Below, piece by piece: positions 9,538 to 18,702 of a stretch of DNA of 64,000 nucleotides. A program made the translations under genes and the position numbers. The notes beneath the pieces were generated by a model. The model saw nothing but the letters and a program-made list of their open reading frames with translations. It was not told the DNA's origin and ran no database searches. The first letter of the stretch is position 1; every line of letters starts with the position of its first letter. Source of the stretch: an uncultured bacterium (GTDB taxonomy: Bacteria > JAHJDO01). Where the stretch lies: contig CAYTGU010000005.1 of assembly GCA_964437505.1 (NCBI GenBank), forward strand, positions 15,645-79,644. Reading direction: 5' to 3'.

Positions 9538-10209
9538 TTATAACTCTGAAACAAGTTTTTCTTTTAACAGCATTTTTCTATACGATTCAGCTTCCATATT
9601 GTTGATCTGTTCAGATTGGTTTTTTGTAAAGAATTTCATTTTACCAAGCGATTTTGCTGCTACGAATGTCTTGCAGGCATCTTCAATGAGAAGAGTTCTA
9701 TAATAAGCCTCCTTTAAATTTGATCCAACAGTCAAAAGACCGTGATTGCACATTAGAACAGCGTTGTGTTTTTTTATAACATTTTTCACTTCTTCTGCCA
9801 GTTCTATTCCTCCCGGGAGTACATATTTTATAGTGGGAACATCACCTACCAGTGCGGCAAGATCCGGGGAGAAAGGCTTGAGTGTTATCTCTTGCATTCC
9901 AACTGCAGTAGCAATAGGAGCGTGAGTGTGAATTACAGCAGTTATATCTTTCCTTTCAAGATAACAACCTAAATGCATAGCGATTTCGCATGTCGGCTTT
10001 TTGTTTCCACATACAATATCTCCCGTTTTCAAATCAACTCCTATATAATCTGATGTTTTTGCTTCTTCAAAGCAAATGCCGCTGGCTTTCATATAAACAA
10101 TATTGTCAACTCGCGCGCTTATATTACCGCCCGGACCAACAACCAGTTCCTTGTCAGCAATCTTTTTACCTATTTCTACCAACTGTTTTCTAATTTCAAT
10201 ATTTTCCAT
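9538..10209 (-). CDS. Class II aldolase/adducin-family protein (L-fuculose- or L-rhamnulose-1-phosphate aldolase-like).
   Basis: 223 aa with a GPGGNISARV N-terminal motif and a His-rich metal site (AVIHTHAP) typical of the FucA/RhaD/AraD fold. Confidence 0.8.
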   Translation of the reverse strand: MENIEIRKQLVEIGKKIADKELVVGPGGNISARVDNIVYMKASGICFEEAKTSDYIGVDLKTGDIVCGNKKPTCEIAMHLGCYLERKDITAVIHTHAPIATAVGMQEITLKPFSPDLAALVGDVPTIKYVLPGGIELAEEVKNVIKKHNAVLMCNHGLLTVGSNLKEAYYRTLLIEDACKTFVAAKSLGKMKFFTKNQSEQINNMEAESYRKMLLKEKLVSEL

Positions 10210-10212
10210 TTC

Positions 10213-11397
10213 CTATTTCCCTTTCTCCATTTGTCTCAATGTATGATTTTGTAAAAAATATGCTCCATCCATAAATGTTTTTCTGATAGGGGTTAATTCT
10301 TCAGAGTCAAAGTCATCAACAAGTTTTTGTCCAAACTTGTTCATTTCCGTTCCTGCTATTATCGGAAGATTAAATTTTTTTGCAATTTCTACTGCTTTGT
10401 AGAGATTTTTTACTTTAATTCTTTTTTCCTCTTTGTCCTTTATATTGTAGTTTCTGTCAGGGATTATGTTCATCATTGAAATCCCCTTACCGATCAATAG
10501 ATTAAGTAATTCCTCCAGATTTTTCTCTCCATCAGAAAGTCCGTTAAGCCATGTTGCACACGGAATTCCGCCTAATTCTATTATCATCTTATTTACCGTT
10601 TGAATCTCAGGAAAGGTCGATGAATCCGGCTTTATATATGCGATACCCTCGTTTTTCATAAACTTTGAACGAATTATTTCGCACAGAACATAAGGATTAT
10701 CCCAACTGCTATTGATATCCTCTTCCTGCACTGAAAGTTTTGATCTCCAATATTTGATGAAGCTTGCAGAGTTTTTAAAAACATCTTTTGATTTATTATA
10801 AAAAGCTCTTAGGATGTGTCTTTCCGTGACGTTGTCGTTAGGAGTGAGGGGAATAACGTCTGTATCATATTCAATTCCGATATCGCTCAAATGATCATTT
10901 AATATATCCACCATTTTTCTGGTTCGCAGATGTGCTCGGTGAGACATCTCTTTTAATATTTTATTAGCAAGGGATTCAGTAGAGGGAAGTTTCGTAAATC
11001 CCGTCCCCATCAAGTAGTAGACTCCAGGTTCTCCGGGTGAATTTATCTCTTTATCTTTAAGTTCAGGAATGAAAACTCTGGTTTCTATGCCAACAGAAGC
11101 TTTTAGATTTAACAAGTCAGCTGCATAAAACAGCTCTTCAATTCCGTCCAAAACGTCAAAATCTACTACTTGGCATAACTTAATGCCATTTTTTTTGCAC
11201 AACCATGCTATCTTTATTGGCGAATAGCCATATCCGTTAAATGAAAAAAAACTGTGACAATGCATGTTTGAAATTTCTTTTTCCTTTAACCACTTGACTT
11301 TACCCTTTTTTTTGAGCTTAATAAGTTCCAAGAGAGCGTTTTTTCTTATGTCTTTATCAAAGTTATCAAGATTGGTTTCCAACAGCTCTATCATCAT
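10213..11397 (-). CDS. PHP-domain (polymerase/histidinol-phosphatase-like) metal-dependent phosphoesterase of unknown specificity.
   Basis: 394 aa with an NMHCHSFFSFNG N-terminal PHP motif. It is embedded in the sugar operon between the aldolase and SDR genes. Confidence 0.5.
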   Translation of the reverse strand: MMIELLETNLDNFDKDIRKNALLELIKLKKKGKVKWLKEKEISNMHCHSFFSFNGYGYSPIKIAWLCKKNGIKLCQVVDFDVLDGIEELFYAADLLNLKASVGIETRVFIPELKDKEINSPGEPGVYYLMGTGFTKLPSTESLANKILKEMSHRAHLRTRKMVDILNDHLSDIGIEYDTDVIPLTPNDNVTERHILRAFYNKSKDVFKNSASFIKYWRSKLSVQEEDINSSWDNPYVLCEIIRSKFMKNEGIAYIKPDSSTFPEIQTVNKMIIELGGIPCATWLNGLSDGEKNLEELLNLLIGKGISMMNIIPDRNYNIKDKEEKRIKVKNLYKAVEIAKKFNLPIIAGTEMNKFGQKLVDDFDSEELTPIRKTFMDGAYFLQNHTLRQMEKGK

Positions 11398-12188
11398 CTC
11401 ATTTCCTGTCCGCCGGTTACATTTATTGCCTGACCAGTCATGTAAGAGGCTTCATCACTTGCCAAAAAAGCTACTACATTGATAACATCGTCATAGGTGC
11501 AGCCTCTTGCTAACGGAACTTGTTCTATATATTTTTCCCTTACCTCTTCCTTTGAAATACCCCATTTTTTTGAATATTGCTCAAAGAGACTGTTTTTCCA
11601 TAAAGGAGAATCAAGAAAATTTCCGGGACAAACTGAATTAACTCTTATGCCATATGGAGCAAGATCCAGAGCAATACTTTGAGTTAGTCCTATGCCTCCA
11701 AATTTAGATGCAGCGTATGCAGAATTTTTAAAACTGCCTTTTTTACCTGATTTAGAGTTAATTTGTATAATCGTACCCTTCTTTTGTCTTTTCATCATCT
11801 TTGCTGCTTCACGTGCACATAAGAAATACCCAATGAGGTTTACATCAATCACTTTTTTCCATTCATTGAGCGGAAATTCTGTTATTTCCTTTGCGATAAG
11901 AATTCCAGCATTACTGACTAATATATCTAGATTCTTAAATTCTTTCTCAATCTTTTCAAACATACTGATTACCTGAGCTTCTTGTGTTACATCTACCTCT
12001 ATAGCAACTGCTTTAATTTTGTATTTTTCCTCTATCTCTTTAGCTACTTTTCTTGCATTTCTTTCTGATATATCTGCAACTGCTACCTGACATCTCTCTT
12101 TTGCAAAATATTCTGCTATTGCCTCTCCGAATCCTTGTCCTGCACCAGTTACTAAAACCGTTTTGCCCTTCAAACCAGGTTGTAACAT
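11394..12188 (-). CDS. Short-chain dehydrogenase/reductase (SDR) family oxidoreductase.
   Basis: 264 aa with a TGAGQGFGEAIA cofactor motif, NAG and the YAASK catalytic tetrad region. Confidence 0.85.
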   Translation of the reverse strand: MLQPGLKGKTVLVTGAGQGFGEAIAEYFAKERCQVAVADISERNARKVAKEIEEKYKIKAVAIEVDVTQEAQVISMFEKIEKEFKNLDILVSNAGILIAKEITEFPLNEWKKVIDVNLIGYFLCAREAAKMMKRQKKGTIIQINSKSGKKGSFKNSAYAASKFGGIGLTQSIALDLAPYGIRVNSVCPGNFLDSPLWKNSLFEQYSKKWGISKEEVREKYIEQVPLARGCTYDDVINVVAFLASDEASYMTGQAINVTGGQEMR

Positions 12189-12216
12189 TTTATGGAATCT
12201 CCTCTTATTTGTATTT

Positions 12217-13323
12217 TTATGGTTTTATAACCACTTTTAAAGCGTTTCCTTTTTTATCTAGCATTTTTTCCATCGCTTCAACTATGTTTTCTAAAGAAAA
12301 TATATGTGTAACTATTTTATCCATAACTAGTTTTTTGCTAACAATTAGTTTTAAAGCTTCTTCAAATTGTGATTTATGTGAAGCAAAAGCTCCGTAAATA
12401 GAAACTTCTTTGTAATGAATTATGTTCCCGTCCAATTTTAAAATAGAATTCTGTTTCGGGAATCCGGCAAAAAAGCTCAATCTTCCTTTCATAGCCATTG
12501 CACCTAAAAAATCCTCTGCTACTTTGCTAACAGAGCATGCAACTATTCCAACGTCAACCCCTTCGCCCTTAGTGATTTCTGATATACTCTGTACTAAATC
12601 AGCATCTTTAGTGGCAATATAATGGTCAAATCCAAATTCTTTTGCTTTTGTAAGCCTCTCTTCAGAATATTCAGCCAGTATAACCTTTGCTCCCTTAGCT
12701 TTTGCCAGTAGACAATGCATCAAGCCAATAGGTCCTGCTCCTACTACGGCAACGTACTCACCTCTTTTAATGTTTAGATAATTCTGCCCGTTTATTGCGC
12801 ACGAAAGCGGTTCAATCATTGCCAGATATTCATCGGAAATAGGCGCATCGCTTAGGACAGGGATTATAACACCCTGTTTTACAGCACGGTCCTGAACTAA
12901 TATGTATTCGGCAAAGCCTCCGGGATAATAATATCCAATAGGTTTGTTATTAGCGCACATATTATAATTACCTTCTCTGCAAGGTCTACACTCTTTCTTT
13001 TGGCAGCCTACTGAAGTTACCATGATTACTTTGCTTCCAATCTCGTATTCCCGATTTTTGACTTCAGAACCAATTTCTTCTACGATTCCTACGATTTCAT
13101 GTCCTATGATAAATTTGCCCTCGCCATATCCTCGAATTTGGGGAACGGATCCTTTAGTAGCGTCCTTTGTGCCTTCATACATTCTCCCGTCTGTTCCACA
13201 AACAGCGCAAGCGGTAACTTTTATAAGCACGTCGTTCTCTTTACAATTCGGCTTTGGAACGTTTTCAGTTCCCATATGTTTAGGTCTGTCCGTGTATAAA
13301 AAAGCGGCTTTCATTTCTTGCAT
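12217..13323 (-). CDS. Zinc-dependent medium-chain alcohol dehydrogenase family protein.
   Basis: 368 aa with a CAVCGTDGRMYEG catalytic-zinc motif, a CQKKECRPCREGNYNMC structural-zinc motif and a GAGPIG motif. Confidence 0.8.
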   Translation of the reverse strand: MQEMKAAFLYTDRPKHMGTENVPKPNCKENDVLIKVTACAVCGTDGRMYEGTKDATKGSVPQIRGYGEGKFIIGHEIVGIVEEIGSEVKNREYEIGSKVIMVTSVGCQKKECRPCREGNYNMCANNKPIGYYYPGGFAEYILVQDRAVKQGVIIPVLSDAPISDEYLAMIEPLSCAINGQNYLNIKRGEYVAVVGAGPIGLMHCLLAKAKGAKVILAEYSEERLTKAKEFGFDHYIATKDADLVQSISEITKGEGVDVGIVACSVSKVAEDFLGAMAMKGRLSFFAGFPKQNSILKLDGNIIHYKEVSIYGAFASHKSQFEEALKLIVSKKLVMDKIVTHIFSLENIVEAMEKMLDKKGNALKVVIKP

Positions 13324-13338
13324 TTAGTTTCTCCTGAT

Positions 13339-14814
13339 TTAGTTTTTTAATTTATGGTTTTTGTATCTTTTATAAGCTTCTTCCCAGATATCTGTTTGTT
13401 CAGGTTCATATCTGATGAGTTCAAACGAGTTTCGAACAATTTCTCTTGCCTGTTTAACGGATGAAAGCTCACCCGTTGCAATGGCCTGTATCAAAATATT
13501 GCCGATTGCAGTTGCTTCAACAGGTCCGGCAATAACTGGTTTTTGAGTTGCATTTGCGGTAAGTTGGCATAAAAGCTTATTTTGTATTCCTCCTCCGACA
13601 ATGTGGAGTACATCTATTTTTCGCTTTCGCATTTCTTCGAGTTTTTCAAGAACCTGACGATATTTAAATGCCAGACTTTCAAGAATACAGCGCAGGATAC
13701 TTCCCCTATCAGATGGAACTTTTTGATTTGTTTTGCGACAGTAATTCTGAATTTTTTCCGGCATGTTGCCAGGCTTTAAAAAAGCTGTGTCTTCAGGATC
13801 TATAAAACAGAAAAACGCTTCTGCCTTTTCTGCTTGTTTTGTTAAATCAGGGTAGGAAAGTTTTATATTTTGCGATTCCCAGCTTCTTTTGCATTCCTGA
13901 ACCAGCCAGAGTCCCATGATATTTTTTAGGAAACGAAATGTATTGTTTACGCCTCCTTCATTAGTGAAATTATTTTTTAATACTTCCTGATTTATCAATG
14001 GACTGCTTATTTCGCATCCCATTAAAGACCACGTGCCGGAACTTAAAAATGCCCAGTTATTTCCTTCAGCTGGAACAGCCGCAACTGCTGCTGCTGTATC
14101 ATGCGATGCTGTAGCAATGACAGGTATTTGAGGTATTCCCAGTTCTTTAGCTATGAACGGTAGGAGCTTTCCTGTGACAGTTCCTGGATTTACAACCTGC
14201 GGCATTATTTCACAAGGAATGTTTAAATTTTTTAGAATTTCATTACTCCATCCATTCTTGCGCGGATCATAACACTGAGTGGTAGTAGCCAAGGTAAACT
14301 CTGCTGCTTTTTCTCCAGAGAAGAAGTAACTAAACAGGGCCGCTATCGGCAGGAGACAATCCGCCGATTTAAGAAGGTAGGGCTGATTTATTTTCATCCA
14401 TAGTAGTTGGAAAAGTGTATTTATTTGCATGAATTGAACGCCTGTTTTTTCAAATACTTCTTCCCGCGGAACTTTTTTGAAACATTCTTCCATCATTCCA
14501 TCAGTCCGACTGTCCCTGTAATGCAGAGGATTTTCTAATAGATGGTTATTTTTATCAATGAGCCCGAAATCTACGCCCCAGCTATCGAATGCAATTGCGG
14601 CGATTTCAGACTTGTTGCACTTTTGCAATCCTTTTTTTATCTCATTAAAAAAGTTTATGGAGTCCCAGTAGAGAATGTTATTAAATCTTGTACCTCCTGT
14701 AGTAAATCTATGTTTCTCTTCAAGGACTATTTTCTTCCCATCAAATTTGCCAAGTATTAATCGTCCACTTTCTGCGCCTAGATCAACAGCTATGTAATTT
14801 TTGCTTTTTCCCAC
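13339..14814 (-). CDS. rhaB: FGGY-family carbohydrate kinase, rhamnulokinase-like.
   Basis: 491 aa. The N-terminus YIAVDLGAESGRLILGKF...HRFTTGG...ILYWD follows the rhamnulokinase pattern (AVDLGASSGRV...HRF..G....V.WD). Confidence 0.65.
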   Translation of the reverse strand: MGKSKNYIAVDLGAESGRLILGKFDGKKIVLEEKHRFTTGGTRFNNILYWDSINFFNEIKKGLQKCNKSEIAAIAFDSWGVDFGLIDKNNHLLENPLHYRDSRTDGMMEECFKKVPREEVFEKTGVQFMQINTLFQLLWMKINQPYLLKSADCLLPIAALFSYFFSGEKAAEFTLATTTQCYDPRKNGWSNEILKNLNIPCEIMPQVVNPGTVTGKLLPFIAKELGIPQIPVIATASHDTAAAVAAVPAEGNNWAFLSSGTWSLMGCEISSPLINQEVLKNNFTNEGGVNNTFRFLKNIMGLWLVQECKRSWESQNIKLSYPDLTKQAEKAEAFFCFIDPEDTAFLKPGNMPEKIQNYCRKTNQKVPSDRGSILRCILESLAFKYRQVLEKLEEMRKRKIDVLHIVGGGIQNKLLCQLTANATQKPVIAGPVEATAIGNILIQAIATGELSSVKQAREIVRNSFELIRYEPEQTDIWEEAYKRYKNHKLKN

Positions 14815-14923
14815 AGTAAATTCCTTATCATTCAGACTCTGGCAACATTATGCCATAATTCTTTATTTATTTAAAACAAAATTTATGATATTCTTGCGTT
14901 ATTGAAAGTGAGGGACATGGGTT

Positions 14924-16012
14924 ATGTTGAATGTTGTTATTATGGCAGGTGGAAAAGGGGAAAGATTTTGGCCAAAGAGTAGAGAAAAAAGCCCTAAACA
15001 GCTATTGTCAATAGGTTCAAAAAATACCATGCTTCAGGAAACAGTAAAAAGAGCGCAAGCTCTAACTTCTTCAGAAAATATTTTTATAGTTACACGGGCT
15101 GAGTTGGAGGGTGAGATAATTAAGCAGATTTCTCCTATTCCAAAAGAAAATATTATAAATGAACCGTTTGGTAGAAATACTGCAGCTGCAATAGGTCTTG
15201 CAAATATAGTTATTCAGAAGAGAGATAGTATTTCAAGAGATAAAAGTTCCATTATGGTTGTGTTGCCGGCTGACCATATCATAAAAGACGTCAGACAATT
15301 TAAAAAGACAATAGCTGTTGCCTCTATAGCGGCTGAAGAAGGACATCTTGTTACAATAGGTATAAAACCAAACTATCCTGAAACTGGTTACGGATATATT
15401 CATAGGGGGAACAAGGTATCTAGTGATATACAGGGTGTTTTTAAAGTGAAAGAATTTAGAGAAAAGCCTGATTTGAAAACTGCAGAAGAGTTTTTAAAAA
15501 AAGGGGAGTATTATTGGAACAGCGGTATGTTTGTATGGACAGGGAAAGAAATAGAAAAAGCATTTAAAAAGTATATGCCTAAACTTTCTCACGCTCTAAA
15601 GGTTATAGACAATTCTCTTTCATCTTCGTACCTGGATAAAGTTATAAAAGAGGAGTATGAGAAACTGGAGAAGGTCTCAATTGATTATGGAGTTATGGAG
15701 AAGGCAGAGAATGTAAGCGTTATAGAGGGGCTTTTTGACTGGAATGATGTGGGCTCATGGCTAGCTCTGGAGAAAGTTTATAAAAAAGATGATAATAATA
15801 ATATCGTTGTGGGAGATTATGTAGGCATTGATACAACTGATTGCATATTAATAGGGGATAAGAGTCCAATAACTACTATGGGTGTTTCGGATTTGATTAT
15901 TGTAAACACAGGAGATGTTGTACTTGTCTGCAAGAAAACAGAGGCTCAGAAAGTGAAAGAATTATTGAAACATATTAAGAAGAATAAAAAACTTTCCAAA
16001 CTAGTTAAATAA
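14924..16012 (+). CDS. manC: Mannose-1-phosphate guanylyltransferase (no cupin/PMI domain).
   Basis: Contains VIMAGGKGERFWP...PKQLL, the nucleotidyltransferase signature of ManC/CpsB. Confidence 0.85.
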   Translation: MLNVVIMAGGKGERFWPKSREKSPKQLLSIGSKNTMLQETVKRAQALTSSENIFIVTRAELEGEIIKQISPIPKENIINEPFGRNTAAAIGLANIVIQKRDSISRDKSSIMVVLPADHIIKDVRQFKKTIAVASIAAEEGHLVTIGIKPNYPETGYGYIHRGNKVSSDIQGVFKVKEFREKPDLKTAEEFLKKGEYYWNSGMFVWTGKEIEKAFKKYMPKLSHALKVIDNSLSSSYLDKVIKEEYEKLEKVSIDYGVMEKAENVSVIEGLFDWNDVGSWLALEKVYKKDDNNNIVVGDYVGIDTTDCILIGDKSPITTMGVSDLIIVNTGDVVLVCKKTEAQKVKELLKHIKKNKKLSKLVK

Positions 16013-17014
16013 ATGATAAAAATTTGGATTCAATTCTCGATAGGCGCAATTATAATTATTCTTGCCGGTTTTAGGTTGTCAAAGTATGGGGATATAATTG
16101 CTAAAAAGACAGGTATTGGCAGAGCGTGGATAGGAATGATATTCCTTGCCGGTGCAACAGCGCTTCCGGAATTTTTTACTACGTGTAGTTCCATAGTTAT
16201 TGAGGATGCTCCTAATTTAGCTGCAGGCAACGTCCTTGGAAGTATCATGTTTAATCTTTTTATAATTGCGATACTCGATATTGTTCAAGGGCATGGACCA
16301 ATTTTAAGGAAAGTGAATCTTGGACTGATTTTGCTTGGTGCGATTTCTGTGATCCTCTCGGTGGTGGCAATTTTGGGTATGTTGTTAAAGAATACAGTGT
16401 CAGTTTTTTCCATAGGTCCCGCAAGTTTCTTGATAGTAGGAATATATTTGATAGGTATGCGTCTTTCCTTTAGATATCAATATCGCAATTCTGATAAATC
16501 TCAGGATGTAGAAGTAAATGAAGAAAAAAAATATGAGAAAATTTCAACTTCAAAGACAATTTTCGGCTATCTGCTTTGCGCTGCGGCTATTTTTGGAGGA
16601 AGTGTATGGGTTGCTCATACTGCTAAACAAATAGCCGTAGTAACAGGATTAGGGGAAACTTTTGTTGGCAGTCTTTTCCTTGCGATAGTAACATCTCTTC
16701 CTGAGCTTATGGCAACAATAGGAGCAGTTAGAATGGGGCTATTTGATATGGCGATCGGAAATATATTTGGAAGTAATATGTTAAATATAGTGCTAATACC
16801 AATCAGCGATGTCTTATTCAGAACTGGTTCTATATATGCCTATCTATCTTCTACTCATATCCTGACAGCGATTGTAGGAATTCTTTTAACAATGATTGTA
16901 ATAATCGGGATTATTTATCGCTCCAAAAAATCCTTTCTTAAGCTTGGTTGGGATGCAATAGCTATAATTATAGTATATATTGCCAGTACATATATGGTTT
17001 TTAGGTTGAGGTAG
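16013..17014 (+). CDS. Na+/Ca2+ exchanger (CaCA/YrbG-like) family membrane protein.
   Basis: 333 aa with about 10 transmembrane helices. Alpha-repeat motifs GNVLGSIMFN and GNIFGSNMLN are present. Confidence 0.75.
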   Translation: MIKIWIQFSIGAIIIILAGFRLSKYGDIIAKKTGIGRAWIGMIFLAGATALPEFFTTCSSIVIEDAPNLAAGNVLGSIMFNLFIIAILDIVQGHGPILRKVNLGLILLGAISVILSVVAILGMLLKNTVSVFSIGPASFLIVGIYLIGMRLSFRYQYRNSDKSQDVEVNEEKKYEKISTSKTIFGYLLCAAAIFGGSVWVAHTAKQIAVVTGLGETFVGSLFLAIVTSLPELMATIGAVRMGLFDMAIGNIFGSNMLNIVLIPISDVLFRTGSIYAYLSSTHILTAIVGILLTMIVIIGIIYRSKKSFLKLGWDAIAIIIVYIASTYMVFRLR

Positions 17015-17040
17015 AATTTACGAAATAACAAGGAGGTAAA

Positions 17041-17553
17041 ATGGACTTAAAAGAGCTGATTCGGGATGTGCCTGATTTCCCAAAGAAGGGTATAATTTTC
17101 AAGGACATAACTACATTACTTAAGGATAAAGATGCGTTTAAAGAGGCGGTTGATAAACTAGCAGAAGAGTGTAAGGGGAAAAAGATTGATACAGTAGTTG
17201 CTGTAGAAGCAAGGGGCTTTATATTTGGCGGAGTGTTAGCGTACAAGCTCGGAGCAGGATTTGTCCCGCTCAGAAAACCAGGAAAGCTTCCATACAAGAC
17301 AATAAAAGAGACATACGAGCTGGAATACGGCACTGATACATTGGAAATACATGAAGACGCAATAAAATTAGGGGATAATGTATTGGTTATAGATGATCTT
17401 CTTGCAACAGGCGGAACGAGTTTGGCAACAGTTAAACTTGTTAAGAAACTTGGCGGCAATGTATCAAAGATTGTTTTTCTCATAGATCTTACGTTTTTGA
17501 AAGGCGCTGAAAAACTTGAAGGATACGACGTAAGTTCATTGATAAAATATTGA
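17041..17553 (+). CDS. apt: Adenine phosphoribosyltransferase.
   Basis: 170 aa with [13 protein letters not shown] and a [15 protein letters not shown]-binding motif. A GGAGG RBS precedes it. Confidence 0.9.
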   Translation: MDLKELIRDVPDFPKKGIIFKDITTLLKDKDAFKEAVDKLAEECKGKKIDTVVAVEARGFIFGGVLAYKLGAGFVPLRKPGKLPYKTIKETYELEYGTDTLEIHEDAIKLGDNVLVIDDLLATGGTSLATVKLVKKLGGNVSKIVFLIDLTFLKGAEKLEGYDVSSLIKY

Positions 17554-17562
17554 TGATAATCT

Positions 17563-17638
17563 GCGCCTGTAGCTCAGTAATGGATAGAGCAAGGGATTCC
17601 TAATCCCTGTGTCGGAGGTTCGAATCCTCTCAGGCGTA
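17563..17638 (+). tRNA. tRNA-Arg (anticodon CCT).
   Basis: Manual cloverleaf: acceptor GCGCCTG/CAGGCGT (G1·U72 wobble), D arm GCTC..GAGC, anticodon stem AGGGA/TCCCT with loop TTCCTAA, and a TTCGAAT T-loop. Confidence 0.8.
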
Positions 17639-17700
17639 CTATGATGCATATTAAATTGAAAAGTGTGTATGTTTTATGTTATAAGTCTCTGTGAGTTTTT

Positions 17701-17772
17701 GGGCGATTAACTCAGCGGGAGAGTGCTACTTTCACAGAGTAGAAGTCACTGGTTCAAACCCAGTATCGCCCA
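17701..17772 (+). tRNA. tRNA-Val (anticodon CAC).
   Basis: Manual cloverleaf: acceptor GGGCGAT/ATCGCCC, anticodon stem CTACT/AGTAG with loop TTCACAG, and a TTCAAAC T-loop. Confidence 0.8.
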
Positions 17773-17808
17773 CTGTGAAATGACCGTAGCTTTTTTAGGG
17801 GGTTAGAT

Positions 17809-17982
17809 ATGAAATGCGATACGTGTGGAAAAGATGTTGCTAAGGTAAAAAGGATTGTTCTTGAGAAAGGCTATGATAGAATACAGGCAAAAGCAATTTA
17901 TAATTGCGAGGAGTGTTATAGGAAGAAAGAGACTGATATAGAGAAACGCGTTCAATCTGAGTGTAAAGAGAAAGGAAAGTAA
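17809..17982 (+). CDS. Small (57 aa) CxxC...CxxC zinc-ribbon protein: MKCDTCGKDVAKVKRIVLEKGYDRIQAKAIYNCEECYRKK...
   Basis: I translated this by hand; it is under 60 aa and so absent from the ORF track. A strong RBS (GGGGGTTAGAT) precedes the ATG. Its stop abuts the start of the next gene. Confidence 0.5.
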   Translation: MKCDTCGKDVAKVKRIVLEKGYDRIQAKAIYNCEECYRKKETDIEKRVQSECKEKGK

Positions 17983-18702
17983 ATGACAGGGCTGAAGAAC
18001 GATATTAAGTTATTGATTCAAGTCCAGGATTTAGATGTGCAAATACAAAATTTAGATACAAAGATAAAAAGAATACCCAAAGAAATGGATGCTCATTATG
18101 GGAATTTTAAGGCAAAGAAAGACGAGTTAGCAGTTCTAGAGTCAGAACTTGTTGAAATTCAGAAGAATAGAAAATTGAAAGAGGTTGAGCTTGATAGTGC
18201 TACAGAAGCAATAAAAAAATATAAAACACAACAGTCTTCTGTTAAAACGAATAAAGAATATACTTCTCTTCAGCATGAGATTGAACAAATACAAGAGAAG
18301 AATTCTATACTGGAAGACGAGATACTCTTATTTATGGAACAATCAGATGTGGCGCATAAAAATATAGAAAAAAAGGCAGAGGAGATTAAGCTGGAGAATG
18401 GAAAACTTGAACAGGAAGAGCAGGAGAATAAGAAAAAAATAGCCCGGTTTGAACAGGAACTTCAAAAAAGGCAAGAGGAGCGTACGAATTTAGTTAGTAC
18501 TGTAAATAATGCTATTGTAGCCAAATATGAAAGAATTAGGGATTTTAAGAACGGAGTGGGTATTGTAAATATTAGTGACGGAACATGTGGGGGCTGTCAT
18601 ATGGAATTACCTCCGCAGATTATAAATGATGCGAAAACTGGTAACAGAATTACTGTGTGCGAAAGATGTTCGCGTATACTGTACGTAAAGGAAGATGATT
18701 AG
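17983..18702 (+). CDS. COG1579/DUF164 coiled-coil protein with a C-terminal C4 zinc ribbon.
   Basis: 239 aa, with a long coiled coil followed by CGGCHMELP...CERCSRIL. This family commonly sits next to RNase H-like genes (as with Mycobacterium Rv2229c/Rv2228c). Confidence 0.8.
   Translation: MTGLKNDIKLLIQVQDLDVQIQNLDTKIKRIPKEMDAHYGNFKAKKDELAVLESELVEIQKNRKLKEVELDSATEAIKKYKTQQSSVKTNKEYTSLQHEIEQIQEKNSILEDEILLFMEQSDVAHKNIEKKAEEIKLENGKLEQEEQENKKKIARFEQELQKRQEERTNLVSTVNNAIVAKYERIRDFKNGVGIVNISDGTCGGCHMELPPQIINDAKTGNRITVCERCSRILYVKEDD

Noticed and set aside
17554-17808. The tRNA-Arg/tRNA-Val pair as an integration hotspot carrying an island.
   Set aside because: Only small housekeeping-type genes follow (zinc ribbon, COG1579, rnhA, rnpB). 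There is no integrase, no direct repeat of a tRNA 3' end, and no compositional shift.
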